From the IMG/VR virus record IMGVR_UViG_3300043464_000631, positions 1-62,546 of that record: a stretch of 62,546 nucleotides of DNA. One strand, written 5' to 3'. Below the pieces are notes generated by a model. That model saw only the letters and a list, made by a program, of their open reading frames with translations, had not been told where the DNA came from and made no database searches. Positions 1 through 9,299 of the stretch are shown in pieces. The position numbers and the translations under genes are program-made. The stretch is from a virus (Duplodnaviria; Caudoviricetes). Each line of letters starts with the position of its first letter. Within the stretch, counting starts at the first letter, position 1.

Positions 1-127
1 TCCTAGAAGCCAACGAGAAGCTCCTAGAGAGCGAGAAGGCTCTGGCAAGGGTAGCGTCAAGGAAAGCGTCGGAAGACGCTCAGAAGCTCTCTCAGGGGCG
101 TTTAGAGGCATCAGAGATACGGAGGCA
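1..127. repeat. Terminal overlap, identical to 62420..62546 (circular assembly)
   Basis: Exact 127-nt identity of the two window ends; the i-spanin ORF reads through the join. Confidence 0.95.
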
Positions 128-224
128 GTATGAGGATGCAAAACCTCACGAGGTTGACCCTGTTGCTTGTGTTAGTGATGACCAGCGCCGGGTGCTCGAA
201 GCTCTGGCGCGATCCACCCAGTAA
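1..224 (+). CDS. 3' part of i-spanin (Rz-like), continued from 62290 across the circular join
   Basis: Frame ...LLEANEKLLESEKAL...CVSDDQRRVLEALARSTQ* ends at TAA 222-224; overlaps the lipoprotein ORF. Confidence 0.75.
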   Translation, partial: LEANEKLLESEKALARVASRKASEDAQKLSQGRLEASEIRRQYEDAKPHEVDPVACVSDDQRRVLEALARSTQ

Positions 225-402
225 CCCATCCCGCATGTGTGACTACGTATCGGAGCTAGCACTTGAGCCCTGTGACTCTCTTGTGTTGGATGAGACTCTT
301 CCGGTAGGTACAGCTATGATGGTGTGGGGGTTGCAGTACAAAGAATGTAAGCTCAAGCACGAGATACTAAGATCGTGTATAGAAGCCGACAAACCGAAGT
401 GA
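130..402 (+). CDS. o-spanin (Rz1-like lipoprotein)
   Basis: Signal peptide with lipobox (LVMTSAG-C), Pro/Cys-containing, overlaps the i-spanin 3' end in another frame. Confidence 0.8.
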   Translation: MRMQNLTRLTLLLVLVMTSAGCSKLWRDPPSNPSRMCDYVSELALEPCDSLVLDETLPVGTAMMVWGLQYKECKLKHEILRSCIEADKPK

Positions 403-410
403 CGGAAACG

Positions 411-471
411 AAAAAGGGGCCGAGCTAGTTGGGAGATTTTACTCTTCCCTTCCAGCCGGCCCCTTTCTTTT
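411..471. terminator. Bidirectional rho-independent terminator where the two arms converge
   Basis: AAAAAGGGGCCG...CGGCCCCTTTCTTTT stem with A-tract and T-tract, between convergent genes. Confidence 0.8.
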
Positions 472-487
472 GGGTTGCGTATTTTAC

Positions 488-631
488 TTAAACCACTCTG
501 AGTAGTCTATCCAGAGCCTCATCCATAGTCAAGACACCTTCTTGCACCCCACACCATAAGGAATACCCAACAGACTCTCTATGGTTAGGCCACCGACCCC
601 TTTCCTTCTTAAACCTTACACGAAAGCTCAT
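488..631 (-). CDS. Hypothetical 47-aa protein (not in ORF track)
   Basis: MSFRVRFKKERGRWPNHRE...LLRVV*; starts 1 nt after the upstream stop. Confidence 0.5.
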   Translation of the reverse strand: MSFRVRFKKERGRWPNHRESVGYSLWCGVQEGVLTMDEALDRLLRVV

Positions 632-632
632 C

Positions 633-959
633 TCAATTCACCGTCCTGAGATTACGAACAGTCTTCTCGTATTCCTTTTCGGACATAGCGTTAAGACACT
701 CTTCAATACCTCGCCACTCGAAGGAGTCTTGTACCATTACCAAGTACCGATACTCATCCGGCTTAGCCGGGTTGGAGGACAGACGCACTTCCATTCCGAC
801 ACAGTCCTTGATGTAATCAAACGGAGTAGGAAATGGAGATGGACCCTTGAGCATCAAGACGGTATTACTCCCGTGGACTTGGAGCAGTCCTCCGGATTCC
901 TTGGCTACGATCTCTAAGTCTTCGTCGTCATCTACGGGGATGTCGGTTTCATCGGTCAT
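633..959 (-). CDS. Hypothetical protein
   Basis: ATGA overlap with upstream ORF, co-directional packing. Confidence 0.7.
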   Translation of the reverse strand: MTDETDIPVDDDEDLEIVAKESGGLLQVHGSNTVLMLKGPSPFPTPFDYIKDCVGMEVRLSSNPAKPDEYRYLVMVQDSFEWRGIEECLNAMSEKEYEKTVRNLRTVN

Positions 960-1372
960 AGGTTTGGACCTCGTTGTTCGGATACCTTTACATCAAAAAG
1001 CTTACCGTTAATATTGACCAGCGTCACGCTTCCGTACCGAGAGATAGTTTCATCGAAGTCGTTCTCAAGCCAATTGATGGAGTGCTTAGCCAGAGCGAGA
1101 GCATCGCTCATAACGAAAGGGCAAGGTGCGCGCCTATCCGAGTCGAAGATGATTGGTCCGAGAAGGGTGTTGTGTTCAGCAAACCCCCACAGACCAGAAA
1201 CGCAGCACTTGTCTAGGCGAAACAGAAAACAATCCTTGGTACGGTCCATCTCGGAGTAAGACTGATACAGCTTAATAGATGCCTCAGCATGGGGTGGCTT
1301 AGAAGCGTAGGCTGCCAGTACGTACTCTTTACCGGGAACACGCATCACTAGGATGCGAGGGTCATCGGTCAT
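956..1372 (-). CDS. Hypothetical protein
   Basis: Start at MTDDPR with GGAG upstream; overlaps upstream gene end. Confidence 0.65.
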   Translation of the reverse strand: MTDDPRILVMRVPGKEYVLAAYASKPPHAEASIKLYQSYSEMDRTKDCFLFRLDKCCVSGLWGFAEHNTLLGPIIFDSDRRAPCPFVMSDALALAKHSINWLENDFDETISRYGSVTLVNINGKLFDVKVSEQRGPNL

Positions 1373-1859
1373 TATCGTCTTCCCCGTCTCGGTCGTAATC
1401 GAACAACCCATCCTCGTCGGATGGCTCTTCGTCGTTATCCTCGGTGGTCATCTCGATCCAGTTGATCGCCTCTAGGGTAAGACGGCGCATCTCTTGGAGA
1501 GCTTGGTAGATGTCCTCTGGATCGTCGTGGTGTGGGTTGCATCGGTCGATGATGTCGATGATGCCGTCTAGGTTATCCATGCCGCGATAGGCCCCGTAGG
1601 TGTTAGTGGTTTGGATGAAATCGTCCATAGTGATTGGTGCCTCAACCTCCGTGTTATTAATCGTAGAGCCATCGTACTCCAGTAGAAGGGTTGTGTCAAG
1701 TGGAAGAACTTCCGGTTGCACCCAGCATAACCCGTACCCGCACCGAGCAATAACTTCCGTCATTAGCTGAGTCTCGCTACCGAAGTATCGCCAACAGTGA
1801 CCGAGGAACTCTACGAAGTCGTGGTCTTCGAGTATCGCTCCGCGAGCTGCTACGAACAT
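1362..1859 (-). CDS. Hypothetical acidic protein
   Basis: Long ORF in operon packing, acidic C-terminus. Confidence 0.7.
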   Translation of the reverse strand: MFVAARGAILEDHDFVEFLGHCWRYFGSETQLMTEVIARCGYGLCWVQPEVLPLDTTLLLEYDGSTINNTEVEAPITMDDFIQTTNTYGAYRGMDNLDGIIDIIDRCNPHHDDPEDIYQALQEMRRLTLEAINWIEMTTEDNDEEPSDEDGLFDYDRDGEDDNDR

Positions 1860-2623
1860 CCCGATGTTTCCCCAAACACTTCCTTATCGGAAGCTGTTAC
1901 CGATCCCCAGCTATGGCACGAACCACACACGAACCTACGATACCGACGAGTCTTTGTATAGCGATAACCACGGAACTCAATGTCATCGGAGCCACAGGTA
2001 GGGCAGACGATACCGGACTTCTCCTCTAGGAGCGCGAGGTTTGGGTGCGATTTAATCCACGGCTTCAAGCGATGGTACAGCTTCTCAAGCAACGTGACAT
2101 CGCCACGGTTGTACCGTTCCATGATCCGTTGTGCCTTGGGACAACCAGCCTCCACATCAGTCCACAGCTCTTGACCTTTGTGGTGTACTTTAGCACCAAG
2201 GCCGAGCTGCTGACACACAAAATCTAACTTATTGCTTGCCCAACGAAACTGACGCTTTACTGTCTGGTACAGGTCAATGTGGTGGAACGGAGACGGGGGT
2301 GGGAGATTGTAGAGCACGAACTCTTTGTACAGCGTGGGGATGTCGAAACGCTTTCCGTTGTAGGTGACAACTACGTCGGCTTCATCGAGAACTTCGTGAA
2401 GACGAGTAAGAAACTCCTTGTAGCAGAACCAGTCCTCTTGGTCCTTGATCGGATGCCATTCGGCCGCGAACTCAACCCGCTTGCTATCGAGCCACTTCCA
2501 AGCAGCGCATGTAGTACGACCGGGCTTGATGATTTGCTTGATACCTACGTTCTGGCCCCACAAACCCCACACCGCAGCGTGATGGGGGAGTGTCTCGATA
2601 TCTAGGAAAAGCATCTTAACCAT
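1850..2623 (-). CDS. RNase H-like DEDD 3'-5' exonuclease with C-terminal zinc ribbon
   Basis: LFLDIET, TYNGKRFDIP, HIDLY, YNRGDV motifs; CPTCGS...CGSC. Confidence 0.85.
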   Translation of the reverse strand: MVKMLFLDIETLPHHAAVWGLWGQNVGIKQIIKPGRTTCAAWKWLDSKRVEFAAEWHPIKDQEDWFCYKEFLTRLHEVLDEADVVVTYNGKRFDIPTLYKEFVLYNLPPPSPFHHIDLYQTVKRQFRWASNKLDFVCQQLGLGAKVHHKGQELWTDVEAGCPKAQRIMERYNRGDVTLLEKLYHRLKPWIKSHPNLALLEEKSGIVCPTCGSDDIEFRGYRYTKTRRYRRFVCGSCHSWGSVTASDKEVFGETSGCS

Positions 2624-2813
2624 AACGGATAATCTCATCTCGGTGTCCACACACACAACACCTCCGCTCAAACACCTGAGCGTTGCTCTTTGTGTGGTAG
2701 GAGAAATGGACAATAGAGTTGTCCTTTGATGAAAGCGGGTACTTGTGTAGCCCTCGGTTGCAGAGCAACTTCCTACGAAACGCTAGCCACCACCTACGCA
2801 ACATCTTAATCAT
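2616..2813 (-). CDS. Hypothetical small Cys/His protein
   Basis: LCNRGLHKY...RRCCVCG, a common phage Zn-binding pattern. Confidence 0.6.
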   Translation of the reverse strand: MIKMLRRWWLAFRRKLLCNRGLHKYPLSSKDNSIVHFSYHTKSNAQVFERRCCVCGHRDEIIRYG

Positions 2814-3001
2814 CCGATGTAGTCCGCCTTATTCTCCAAGAGGGTTTTCAAAGACTGCAATTCAATCACGACAAGCATTCCCTTCTCGTAGATGAAGCTA
2901 GAGGATGAGAGAAACTCGATATCATCTTGTTCAGATAAAACTCTTGCGATGACTGGGACTGGGCAAGAGTCGAGCCACTTTCGCATGCTTTCAACTGTCA
3001 C
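2810..3001 (-). CDS. Hypothetical protein
   Basis: Overlapping start/stop packing. Confidence 0.55.
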   Translation of the reverse strand: MTVESMRKWLDSCPVPVIARVLSEQDDIEFLSSSSFIYEKGMLVVIELQSLKTLLENKADYIG

Positions 3002-3644
3002 TGTAATCCACCCTAGTAGCCTTTCCCAACGGGATACACCGATCTTCTGACCGGAACTGGTCGAACTGGCACACCTTCAACGGAAGAACCTCCGGCTCCT
3101 TCCAGTACAAGGACGACACCTTAAACGTCACAAGGTTATTGGGAAGAAGAGCGTATTGCCCGTTCTCCAACGCAATCAAGTTGTGACTCTTGTGCTCGGG
3201 GAGATGATGGCTGAAGGTCAGGTCGGGGTTCTCTGTGGCGTAGGAGTCAAGGGTGAGAACGTAGTTCCCTTTCATGGAGATCATTTCTCCATCTGAGTTC
3301 CACAGACGGGCTTCAACCTCACACCCTTGGATGAGGTTCTTCTCCACTACCACCACTCCGTGGGCGAAGCAATCCCAAGGTTGGAGTTCACGTTGCATCA
3401 ACTCCTTGGTTTGAAAAGCAGGTGGCACTTCCTTCCACCAAAGCCGAGATACAGGCACCTTGTCGTACAGGGCTCCCATCTGAGGGATGTAGATCTCAAA
3501 GAGAAAAGAACATCCCGGAACAGACTTCACCGATACAAGAGTACAAGGAACGAATTCAATCGGCTCGGAGATGTTGTCCCCCAACAAAAACCCCTTATCA
3601 ACATACAATTGAATCGGCGGGAGGTTAGCTACTAGAGTGGACAT
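2991..3644 (-). CDS. Conserved uncharacterised phage protein
   Basis: GALYDKVP, LQPWDCF and EHKSHNLIALENGQYALLPNN motifs recalled from aquatic phage proteins. Confidence 0.75.
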   Translation of the reverse strand: MSTLVANLPPIQLYVDKGFLLGDNISEPIEFVPCTLVSVKSVPGCSFLFEIYIPQMGALYDKVPVSRLWWKEVPPAFQTKELMQRELQPWDCFAHGVVVVEKNLIQGCEVEARLWNSDGEMISMKGNYVLTLDSYATENPDLTFSHHLPEHKSHNLIALENGQYALLPNNLVTFKVSSLYWKEPEVLPLKVCQFDQFRSEDRCIPLGKATRVDYSDS

Positions 3645-3933
3645 GCGGGATAAAGTTCCTTAGTTCAGCTTTAAACTTACGGAGTTGGTACTGCTCGTTG
3701 ATAAACCTCACCAACGAATAATCCCACACTTGCTCACCTGTCTCCGTGTCATAGTAGAACGTACTACCAGGACTACCAAACACAGAGAACTTACAGTAAT
3801 CCTGCCCCGGTCCCTTGCGACTAAACCAGAACATACCCTCCGTAACCAAATAGCCGTCGAGGACTTCCATGCGAGACACGGTGGTCTGTTGACGAGGTTC
3901 TTGTGATTTATTACCAAACAACCAACGGAACAT
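3625..3933 (-). CDS. Hypothetical protein
   Basis: Start at MFRWLFG; operon packing. Confidence 0.6.
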   Translation of the reverse strand: MFRWLFGNKSQEPRQQTTVSRMEVLDGYLVTEGMFWFSRKGPGQDYCKFSVFGSPGSTFYYDTETGEQVWDYSLVRFINEQYQLRKFKAELRNFIPHVHSSS

Positions 3934-3940
3934 ACCCCAA

Positions 3941-4105
3941 TCACCCCGCTCGGTTCTTGTACCAAAGATAGAACATGTAGAACGGATAGAGCACCGGCCA
4001 GAAAGCAATCTCAGCCAACCGAAGCGGGTCGTTGGCATTCTCCTCATCCGACTCAATCCAATAGAAATACACACAAGCAACAATGTACAGGTAAAGAGCG
4101 GTCAT
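3941..4105 (-). CDS. Small two-TM membrane protein
   Basis: MTALYLYIVACVYFYW...IAFWPVLYPFYMFYLW. Confidence 0.6.
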   Translation of the reverse strand: MTALYLYIVACVYFYWIESDEENANDPLRLAEIAFWPVLYPFYMFYLWYKNRAG

Positions 4106-4110
4106 ATGGT

Positions 4111-4281
4111 TTACTTCCCTTGGTGCTTTGAGAGTTGGTACAGACCAACGACAAGGATGTACGGCCAAGCAAGACACAGCAGAAGATGACCGAAGGAGTA
4201 GTCCTCCCGGTTGGTCAGGTAAAGTACTGTGGCTACACACAGCCAGAAGGCAATGGCGAATTGAACTAGATCAAGAAGCAT
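4111..4281 (-). CDS. Small two-TM membrane protein (not in ORF track)
   Basis: MLLDLVQFAIAFWLCVATVLYL...LLLCLAWPYILVVGLY; 56 aa; overlaps thyX end. Confidence 0.6.
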   Translation of the reverse strand: MLLDLVQFAIAFWLCVATVLYLTNREDYSFGHLLLCLAWPYILVVGLYQLSKHQGK

Positions 4282-4969
4282 CGGCGGGGGTTTCCTCGGG
4301 AAGTAGAAACTTATAGGAAAGAGGGAACAGCTTGGGGATGTGAGGCAGCATCTTTTCTACGATCAATCGGTGCTCCTTCTGGGTAGACTCGTGTCCTCGT
4401 GTCTTGATATAGTGGGTCAGAGTACGGAGAGGAATCTTTGCGTACATCCGTGACATCGTAAGCCCCTCTGGGAACATCACCCGAACGCACTCCTTGGCTG
4501 CCCCGCGAGATCGCCACTTCTCTTGATAGTCTTGCACCAAGTAGAGAAGTTTGTTGAGATCGCTCTCCCACTCATCTTGCCAGTCGTCTCTCCTACAAGG
4601 GGTCGAGTTCTGGCGGTTCTTCGTGTCTTGCATTCGCAGTTCGCGAAGCACGAACATGTCCTCGGTGACATCCGCGTAACGCTGGGAGAACTCTTGGAAT
4701 CGCATACTGTAGTGGCGAAGTACCTGACGAGAGATATCTCGGGGAGCCTCGATCTCAAAAATCACATCCACCATATCGAACACAGACCAGTGACCTTCCT
4801 CCGCACAGTGCTTAAGAAGCTTGTCTGCCGTCTTGAAGTTGGTCTGATTAGGCGGGTTGCTGACGCGAGCCATGTACGATGTGAGGTCATCCGTGTTCGG
4901 GATGAAATCAACAATCGGCATGGTCATGGCAACAGGGATTACAGTGATTGCTTCATCTGCGTACTTCAT
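4271..4969 (-). CDS. thyX: FAD-dependent thymidylate synthase ThyX
   Basis: GHWSVFD, RQVLRHYSMRFQEFSQRY (ThyX motif), TQKEHR. Confidence 0.95.
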   Translation of the reverse strand: MKYADEAITVIPVAMTMPIVDFIPNTDDLTSYMARVSNPPNQTNFKTADKLLKHCAEEGHWSVFDMVDVIFEIEAPRDISRQVLRHYSMRFQEFSQRYADVTEDMFVLRELRMQDTKNRQNSTPCRRDDWQDEWESDLNKLLYLVQDYQEKWRSRGAAKECVRVMFPEGLTMSRMYAKIPLRTLTHYIKTRGHESTQKEHRLIVEKMLPHIPKLFPLSYKFLLPEETPADAS

Positions 4970-5409
4970 CAATCCCCTCGAATCCAACTATCGGGTACAA
5001 AGCCTGTAGCGGATACGGCCCACGGGATACCGTGCTTATCACACCAAGACCCGTATGTGGTTTTAGAGTTACGTTGAATCTTGTTTTGACGCATGAAGAG
5101 CATGCGTATATCCAACCCCGGATTCTGCTCAACAACTAACTTCATCTTTTTACGATCCGCTGCGGTGAAATTTCCCTTACTTTCCACATACACCTTGGTT
5201 CCCTTCTCGGTTACGAGGATGAAGTCCGGTGTGTAGTTGTGCTTGGACTCGGGGATGATGTACGGTAGTCGTTCCGACTCGTACTCAAACTCCACACCAC
5301 GGGCTTCAAGGGACTTCTTGACCTTGGCTTCAAACCCAGAGCGGAGCTTCTTGGGTCGCTTGGCTTCGGGGTCTTGGATGCGCTTCCTCTTCTTAGGGAT
5401 GAACGTCAT
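4969..5409 (-). CDS. T7 endonuclease I-like Holliday junction resolvase
   Basis: RSGFE, YTPDF, VESKGNF, DRKKM, TYGSWC motifs. Confidence 0.92.
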   Translation of the reverse strand: MTFIPKKRKRIQDPEAKRPKKLRSGFEAKVKKSLEARGVEFEYESERLPYIIPESKHNYTPDFILVTEKGTKVYVESKGNFTAADRKKMKLVVEQNPGLDIRMLFMRQNKIQRNSKTTYGSWCDKHGIPWAVSATGFVPDSWIRGD

Positions 5410-5692
5410 CAATCTCCCCAGCATTGATAGCCATACGATACACCTCGTACTCCGTACGAATACTCTCCGGCATGTGCTTCACCAACCAACGCAATAGCGT
5501 TGTAGCCATCTTCAACCGTTGGCTAAGACGACCCACCTCATCGGTTAGCTCGGTGATCTTAGCCTCGGCTCGCTTGTTACCCTTGGTCTTGTCTTGGATA
5601 CTACGACGCTTAGCTCGATTGAACTTCTCAACGGCAATCGAGAACTTGTCGTCGTCGGTTACGTCCTTGTTGTTACGCTTCACTCTTATCAT
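5393..5692 (-). CDS. Hypothetical coiled-coil protein
   Basis: Operon packing. Confidence 0.6.
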   Translation of the reverse strand: MIRVKRNNKDVTDDDKFSIAVEKFNRAKRRSIQDKTKGNKRAEAKITELTDEVGRLSQRLKMATTLLRWLVKHMPESIRTEYEVYRMAINAGEIDDVHP

Positions 5693-6008
5693 CCTTTACA
5701 CGACGGGTGTGTACAAAGAAAAACACTTGGTCAGCTTGCAACCGCTCCTTGGCGATCTTCTCACTTGTTCGTATCCGAACAATCAACTCATCGGCTGTGT
5801 ACTTCCCTTTTGGTATCAGAGCTACTTCCGGGGTCCAAGTGATGGTGGCCGTATACGATTGCTCATCCCCGTCTAGCCAGCCATACTGCCAAACCTGATC
5901 TCCCGGCTTACCGATAGCCATGCTGACGTTCGCTTTCCCTAGATCGGTGATCACTTTCTCGGGGAACTTCTCTTCTTTACCGACGCCAACAACAAACCAG
6001 TTATTCAT
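5673..6008 (-). CDS. Hypothetical protein
   Basis: GAGG upstream and ATGA overlap. Confidence 0.65.
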   Translation of the reverse strand: MNNWFVVGVGKEEKFPEKVITDLGKANVSMAIGKPGDQVWQYGWLDGDEQSYTATITWTPEVALIPKGKYTADELIVRIRTSEKIAKERLQADQVFFFVHTRRVKDDKSEA

Positions 6009-6592
6009 TCGTATTCCTCTTCCTCTTCAAAGTACCGGATCAACTCACTCAAGTGGTGGTGTGCTTTCTTGATGTCGCTCAATCCACCCTTCTTGCGGTG
6101 ACGACTCAGGTAACCGATAACTGACCCGATGTGGTACGACGCATACTCAGCAGGAGTGAACCACGCTCGCATAGCATCCCAAGGCTGGATGGAGAGATCG
6201 GAGTAGTGGGTGCCTCCGACTTGGTGCTTCTTTTCCCAAGGGGCTTTGTGATGGAGAAGGTCTGCCAGCACGGTAGCTTCTTCCCCATCTTCATCCACTA
6301 GACCCCACTCGGTTTCTAGGTCGGGGTCGTTATCCAAAGTCTTCTGCTCTTCAAGCACTTCCCGTACTGTCGTACCATCAAGGAACTGGCTATCCAACCA
6401 CATATCCCTAGCGATCTGGGGATCAACCTTCTTCCACACAACCTCTTGAGTACGCTCCTCCACCTCGGGAATGATTGGCTTGTGGACACCAAAGCCTTTG
6501 TAGTAGTCATGAATATCTTGGCTAGACATCTCATTCCAGTCCTTTTGGCTCACATACGGCGGACCCTTAGCGGTAACACCCATATCAACCAC
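6005..6592 (-). CDS. DUF3310 / T7 gp1.7-like nucleotide kinase domain protein
   Basis: C-terminal QVGGTHY...IQPWD...IGYLSRHRKKGGLSDIKKA. Confidence 0.85.
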   Translation of the reverse strand: MVDMGVTAKGPPYVSQKDWNEMSSQDIHDYYKGFGVHKPIIPEVEERTQEVVWKKVDPQIARDMWLDSQFLDGTTVREVLEEQKTLDNDPDLETEWGLVDEDGEEATVLADLLHHKAPWEKKHQVGGTHYSDLSIQPWDAMRAWFTPAEYASYHIGSVIGYLSRHRKKGGLSDIKKAHHHLSELIRYFEEEEEYE

Positions 6593-6914
6593 CCCCTTCC
6601 GCTTTAATCAAATCCGAGAAGAACCTTTCCACGTTTACAATCGCCTCCGGTCCAGCCAACCCCACCGAGATCAACTCAGCAAGGGCATAAGTCGTAGCTG
6701 CTTGGAGCACCACGTTCGGGATGTTAAGACCCCATTGGTCGTGGATAGCTGCTAGGTTGAGGTACTCGTCGGGACTCAAGTAATCTCGCTTTACCATCCC
6801 GATAGGGGTGAGAATCTTGTAGGCGTACAAACGACCACACTGAAGGATAACCGCTCGATCAGCTTCGGTCATCTCTCGGAACTGTTGTTCAAATCGGGGA
6901 TCGATGTCGATCAT
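6585..6914 (-). CDS. Hypothetical protein
   Basis: AGGAG RBS and ATGA overlap. Confidence 0.7.
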   Translation of the reverse strand: MIDIDPRFEQQFREMTEADRAVILQCGRLYAYKILTPIGMVKRDYLSPDEYLNLAAIHDQWGLNIPNVVLQAATTYALAELISVGLAGPEAIVNVERFFSDLIKAEGGG

Positions 6915-7399
6915 TTTCCGGAACTCCTTTTAGACCGGCTGCGGTCACGTGTTCGCTCGCACTCCAAACATATGTTGCTGTATCCTGTCAGTTTCCTGTT
7001 TCTGCTTTGCACGAATTCTGGCAATGGCTTGGTGATCTTACAAACGTAGCACTCTGTTTTGCCATCAACAGCCTTGACCTTGTCCTTCGCTATATTAAAC
7101 CACAAAGGCACAACCTGCATGTTGTCCAGAGAATAGCCTTTTGTTTTGTCAACTCTGTCAACGGAGCAACCAGCGAAGTCTTTTGGCATAAACCACTCGA
7201 CAAAATCTTCAAGCGACACATCCACAGAAATACCGGCATACGACTTATTTCTGCTCGTGTCTGTGTGCTTGGTCCGGTGCTTCATCATACAGTATCTTGA
7301 AACAGCCCGCTTGCGAGAACCTATGTCAAGATACCGAGTATCTTTTCTTTTTCTCTTTTTACTTTCCACTGCTCCCCCAACCACCATCACCCCGCTCAC
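6911..7399 (-). CDS. Putative HNH-like endonuclease with C-terminal zinc finger
   Basis: SVDRVDKTKGYSLDNMQVV..N motif; CYVC...CLEC. Confidence 0.7.
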   Translation of the reverse strand: MSGVMVVGGAVESKKRKRKDTRYLDIGSRKRAVSRYCMMKHRTKHTDTSRNKSYAGISVDVSLEDFVEWFMPKDFAGCSVDRVDKTKGYSLDNMQVVPLWFNIAKDKVKAVDGKTECYVCKITKPLPEFVQSRNRKLTGYSNICLECERTRDRSRSKRSSGK

Positions 7400-7808
7400 C
7401 CACTACCGTGGTGAACTCCTTAACCTCCACCACATTAACCTTTGGAACCGGGAGGATGAGTAGCTGGGCGATGCGATCACCGGCCACCAGGTACTGAATA
7501 CGATCACCGTGGTTCCTGAGAAGCACGCAGACCTCACCCGTATACCCGCCGTCTACCACCCCAGCACCCACCTCCAGGTGGTTCTTAGATGCCAGCCCAG
7601 AGCGGCTACGGATGTATCCGAAGTACCCCTCTGGGATAGAGACTGAGATACCAGTCCCAACTAGAGCAGATTTACCCGGAGCAATCTCCGCATACGGAGA
7701 GCCGTTCTTGGGGAAACAGTACAAGTCCAGCCCAGCATCCGCTGGGTTAGCTTTGGTGGGGAGGTTTGCTTCGGGGTGTAGCTTTTTGATTTCTAGGTTA
7801 AGTGTCAC
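7359..7808 (-). CDS. dut: Trimeric dUTPase
   Basis: All five motifs: AGLDL, RSRSGLA, GVVDGGYTGE, RIAQL, RGDGGWGSSG. Confidence 0.95.
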   Translation of the reverse strand: MTLNLEIKKLHPEANLPTKANPADAGLDLYCFPKNGSPYAEIAPGKSALVGTGISVSIPEGYFGYIRSRSGLASKNHLEVGAGVVDGGYTGEVCVLLRNHGDRIQYLVAGDRIAQLLILPVPKVNVVEVKEFTTVVGERGDGGWGSSGK

Positions 7809-7980
7809 TAGTGCTGTGTCCTTTAACTTCATTCCAGATTTCATCAAACCGTTTCTCGATGAGATTGATAGCAGCCTCTCCGATCCACTTCTCAAGCACA
7901 ACGGTGTAGGCTGCACCCCAGCTCATTCCTTGCCGGATGTTCTCTTCGGCATCTTCAAACGGATCACGACATGCGCTCAT
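7798..7980 (-). CDS. Hypothetical protein
   Basis: GGAGGAG RBS, ATGA overlap. Confidence 0.6.
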   Translation of the reverse strand: MSACRDPFEDAEENIRQGMSWGAAYTVVLEKWIGEAAINLIEKRFDEIWNEVKGHSTSDT

Positions 7981-8783
7981 AGGTCGTGTACTCCTCCAAA
8001 GTATTCCTTCCAGTCTTTGCCTTCCTGTCGATGGATAAAGAGGAGCTGAGCATTCTCATCCAACGCATCCTTCCATCGACCGGAGAACTCTTTCTTATAC
8101 AACGCAGCCACTGCCTTCATTACACGCACTGGCTTACGACTACATGACTCAAGCAACCCTTCGGTCTTCTTCGGACCCATGCCCTTCAGACCCGCTACAT
8201 TGTCAACAGAATCGCCCACACACATCTGATACCAGAAGAACAAGTCAGCATCTCGAAGGGTACGCATCTCAAACGTATCCTTCTGCGGGTTGTATAACCA
8301 ACCGGGGATTTGCTTCAAATCCTTGTCACCGCTGACCACACATGTAGACTTATCGGGCTTCGCCCACTGGTACATTCCGCAGAAGTCATCCGCCTCCCGG
8401 CGCTGGTCTTCAGGCAGGTCTTCGTCTACAACGATGGCACCGTACTTCTTTTGTAGGTACTCACGCATAGCTGTGAAATGTTCGGGTTTGTGTGATGTGC
8501 GTGTACCTTTATACGGCCTGATTTTCGCTACCTTGTAACGAAACCCCCCGCTGGGGGTAAGAAAGACATGCTCGCCTTCTCTACGTGGGAACTTGTCAAG
8601 GAGACTATCCATGATCGTTCGCAAATTGGAGAGACTGTGCGCTAGCGGGGTGTGCTGTGGCTTGCCTTCTTCGTCTCGCTCTACTCCGGAAAAACCCGCA
8701 CGATACACAAGACTGTCAGCGTCGATCAGAGGCAGGAGATGAGCCGTCTTACTCTCCACATAAGCGGGGACGATGCTACTCAT
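7977..8783 (-). CDS. 5'-3' exonuclease (T7 gp6 / FEN-like)
   Basis: LIDADSLVY, YKGTR, EADD, DKDLKQIPG, GDSVDNVAGLKGMGPK. Confidence 0.92.
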   Translation of the reverse strand: MSSIVPAYVESKTAHLLPLIDADSLVYRAGFSGVERDEEGKPQHTPLAHSLSNLRTIMDSLLDKFPRREGEHVFLTPSGGFRYKVAKIRPYKGTRTSHKPEHFTAMREYLQKKYGAIVVDEDLPEDQRREADDFCGMYQWAKPDKSTCVVSGDKDLKQIPGWLYNPQKDTFEMRTLRDADLFFWYQMCVGDSVDNVAGLKGMGPKKTEGLLESCSRKPVRVMKAVAALYKKEFSGRWKDALDENAQLLFIHRQEGKDWKEYFGGVHDL

Positions 8784-9012
8784 CTTGTTGCTTCCTGTTC
8801 CTACGATGCGGACGAGGCTTACTCAGACCCTCTTTCTTCCGCCAGTGGGTGAAGTAAACCATAAGGGTGGGGGAAGCAACAGTTGGATCAGTAAGCGGGT
8901 CTTCCTCCATCGAGGAAGCTAGGTGACAACGAGCTTGGCGGTACGTCTTCGGTTTGTGCTGATCCCACAACGAGAAACAAAACTCTTTAAGACTACTCAA
9001 ACCCATCTCCAA
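8776..9012 (-). CDS. Hypothetical protein
   Basis: Operon packing; start uncertain. Confidence 0.55.
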   Translation of the reverse strand: MEMGLSSLKEFCFSLWDQHKPKTYRQARCHLASSMEEDPLTDPTVASPTLMVYFTHWRKKEGLSKPRPHRRNRKQQDE

Positions 9013-9196
9013 ATATACGTGCGTTGTCTAACACCACCGTCCGAGAATCGAACCGGGTTTCGTGTCGGTTGACTCGGAAGGTTGATCCCTCGGGTATGGT
9101 AATAGTGGTTCCGTTAGGGGTAGTAACCCGGATGTCACCCTTGGTGGTGACGATGTAAGACATCACTACCGAAAGAAGTAGAAGGCTAGCACTCAT
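8993..9196 (-). CDS. Small putative exported protein ending in RIFGDGFE
   Basis: N-terminal hydrophobic stretch; C-terminal IFxDGFE motif. Confidence 0.6.
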   Translation of the reverse strand: MSASLLLLSVVMSYIVTTKGDIRVTTPNGTTITIPEGSTFRVNRHETRFDSRTVVLDNARIFGDGFE

Positions 9197-9299
9197 AATA
9201 CCACACATCTCCTCCGGAGTGGAGATACCACTCCATGTATTGTTCCCAACTCATGGTTGGTTCGTGGTCAAGGGTGTAGCTAATTGCCAAGGCGGTCAT
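9186..9299 (-). CDS. Hypothetical 37-aa protein (not in ORF track)
   Basis: MTALAISYTLDHEPTMSWEQYMEWYLHSGGDVWYYEC*; ATGA overlap with upstream gene. Confidence 0.5.
   Translation of the reverse strand: MTALAISYTLDHEPTMSWEQYMEWYLHSGGDVWYYEC

Noticed and set aside
1-127. 127-bp end repeat as a biological terminal repeat
   Set aside because: It falls inside the i-spanin gene and its length matches a common assembler k-mer; it only shows circularity
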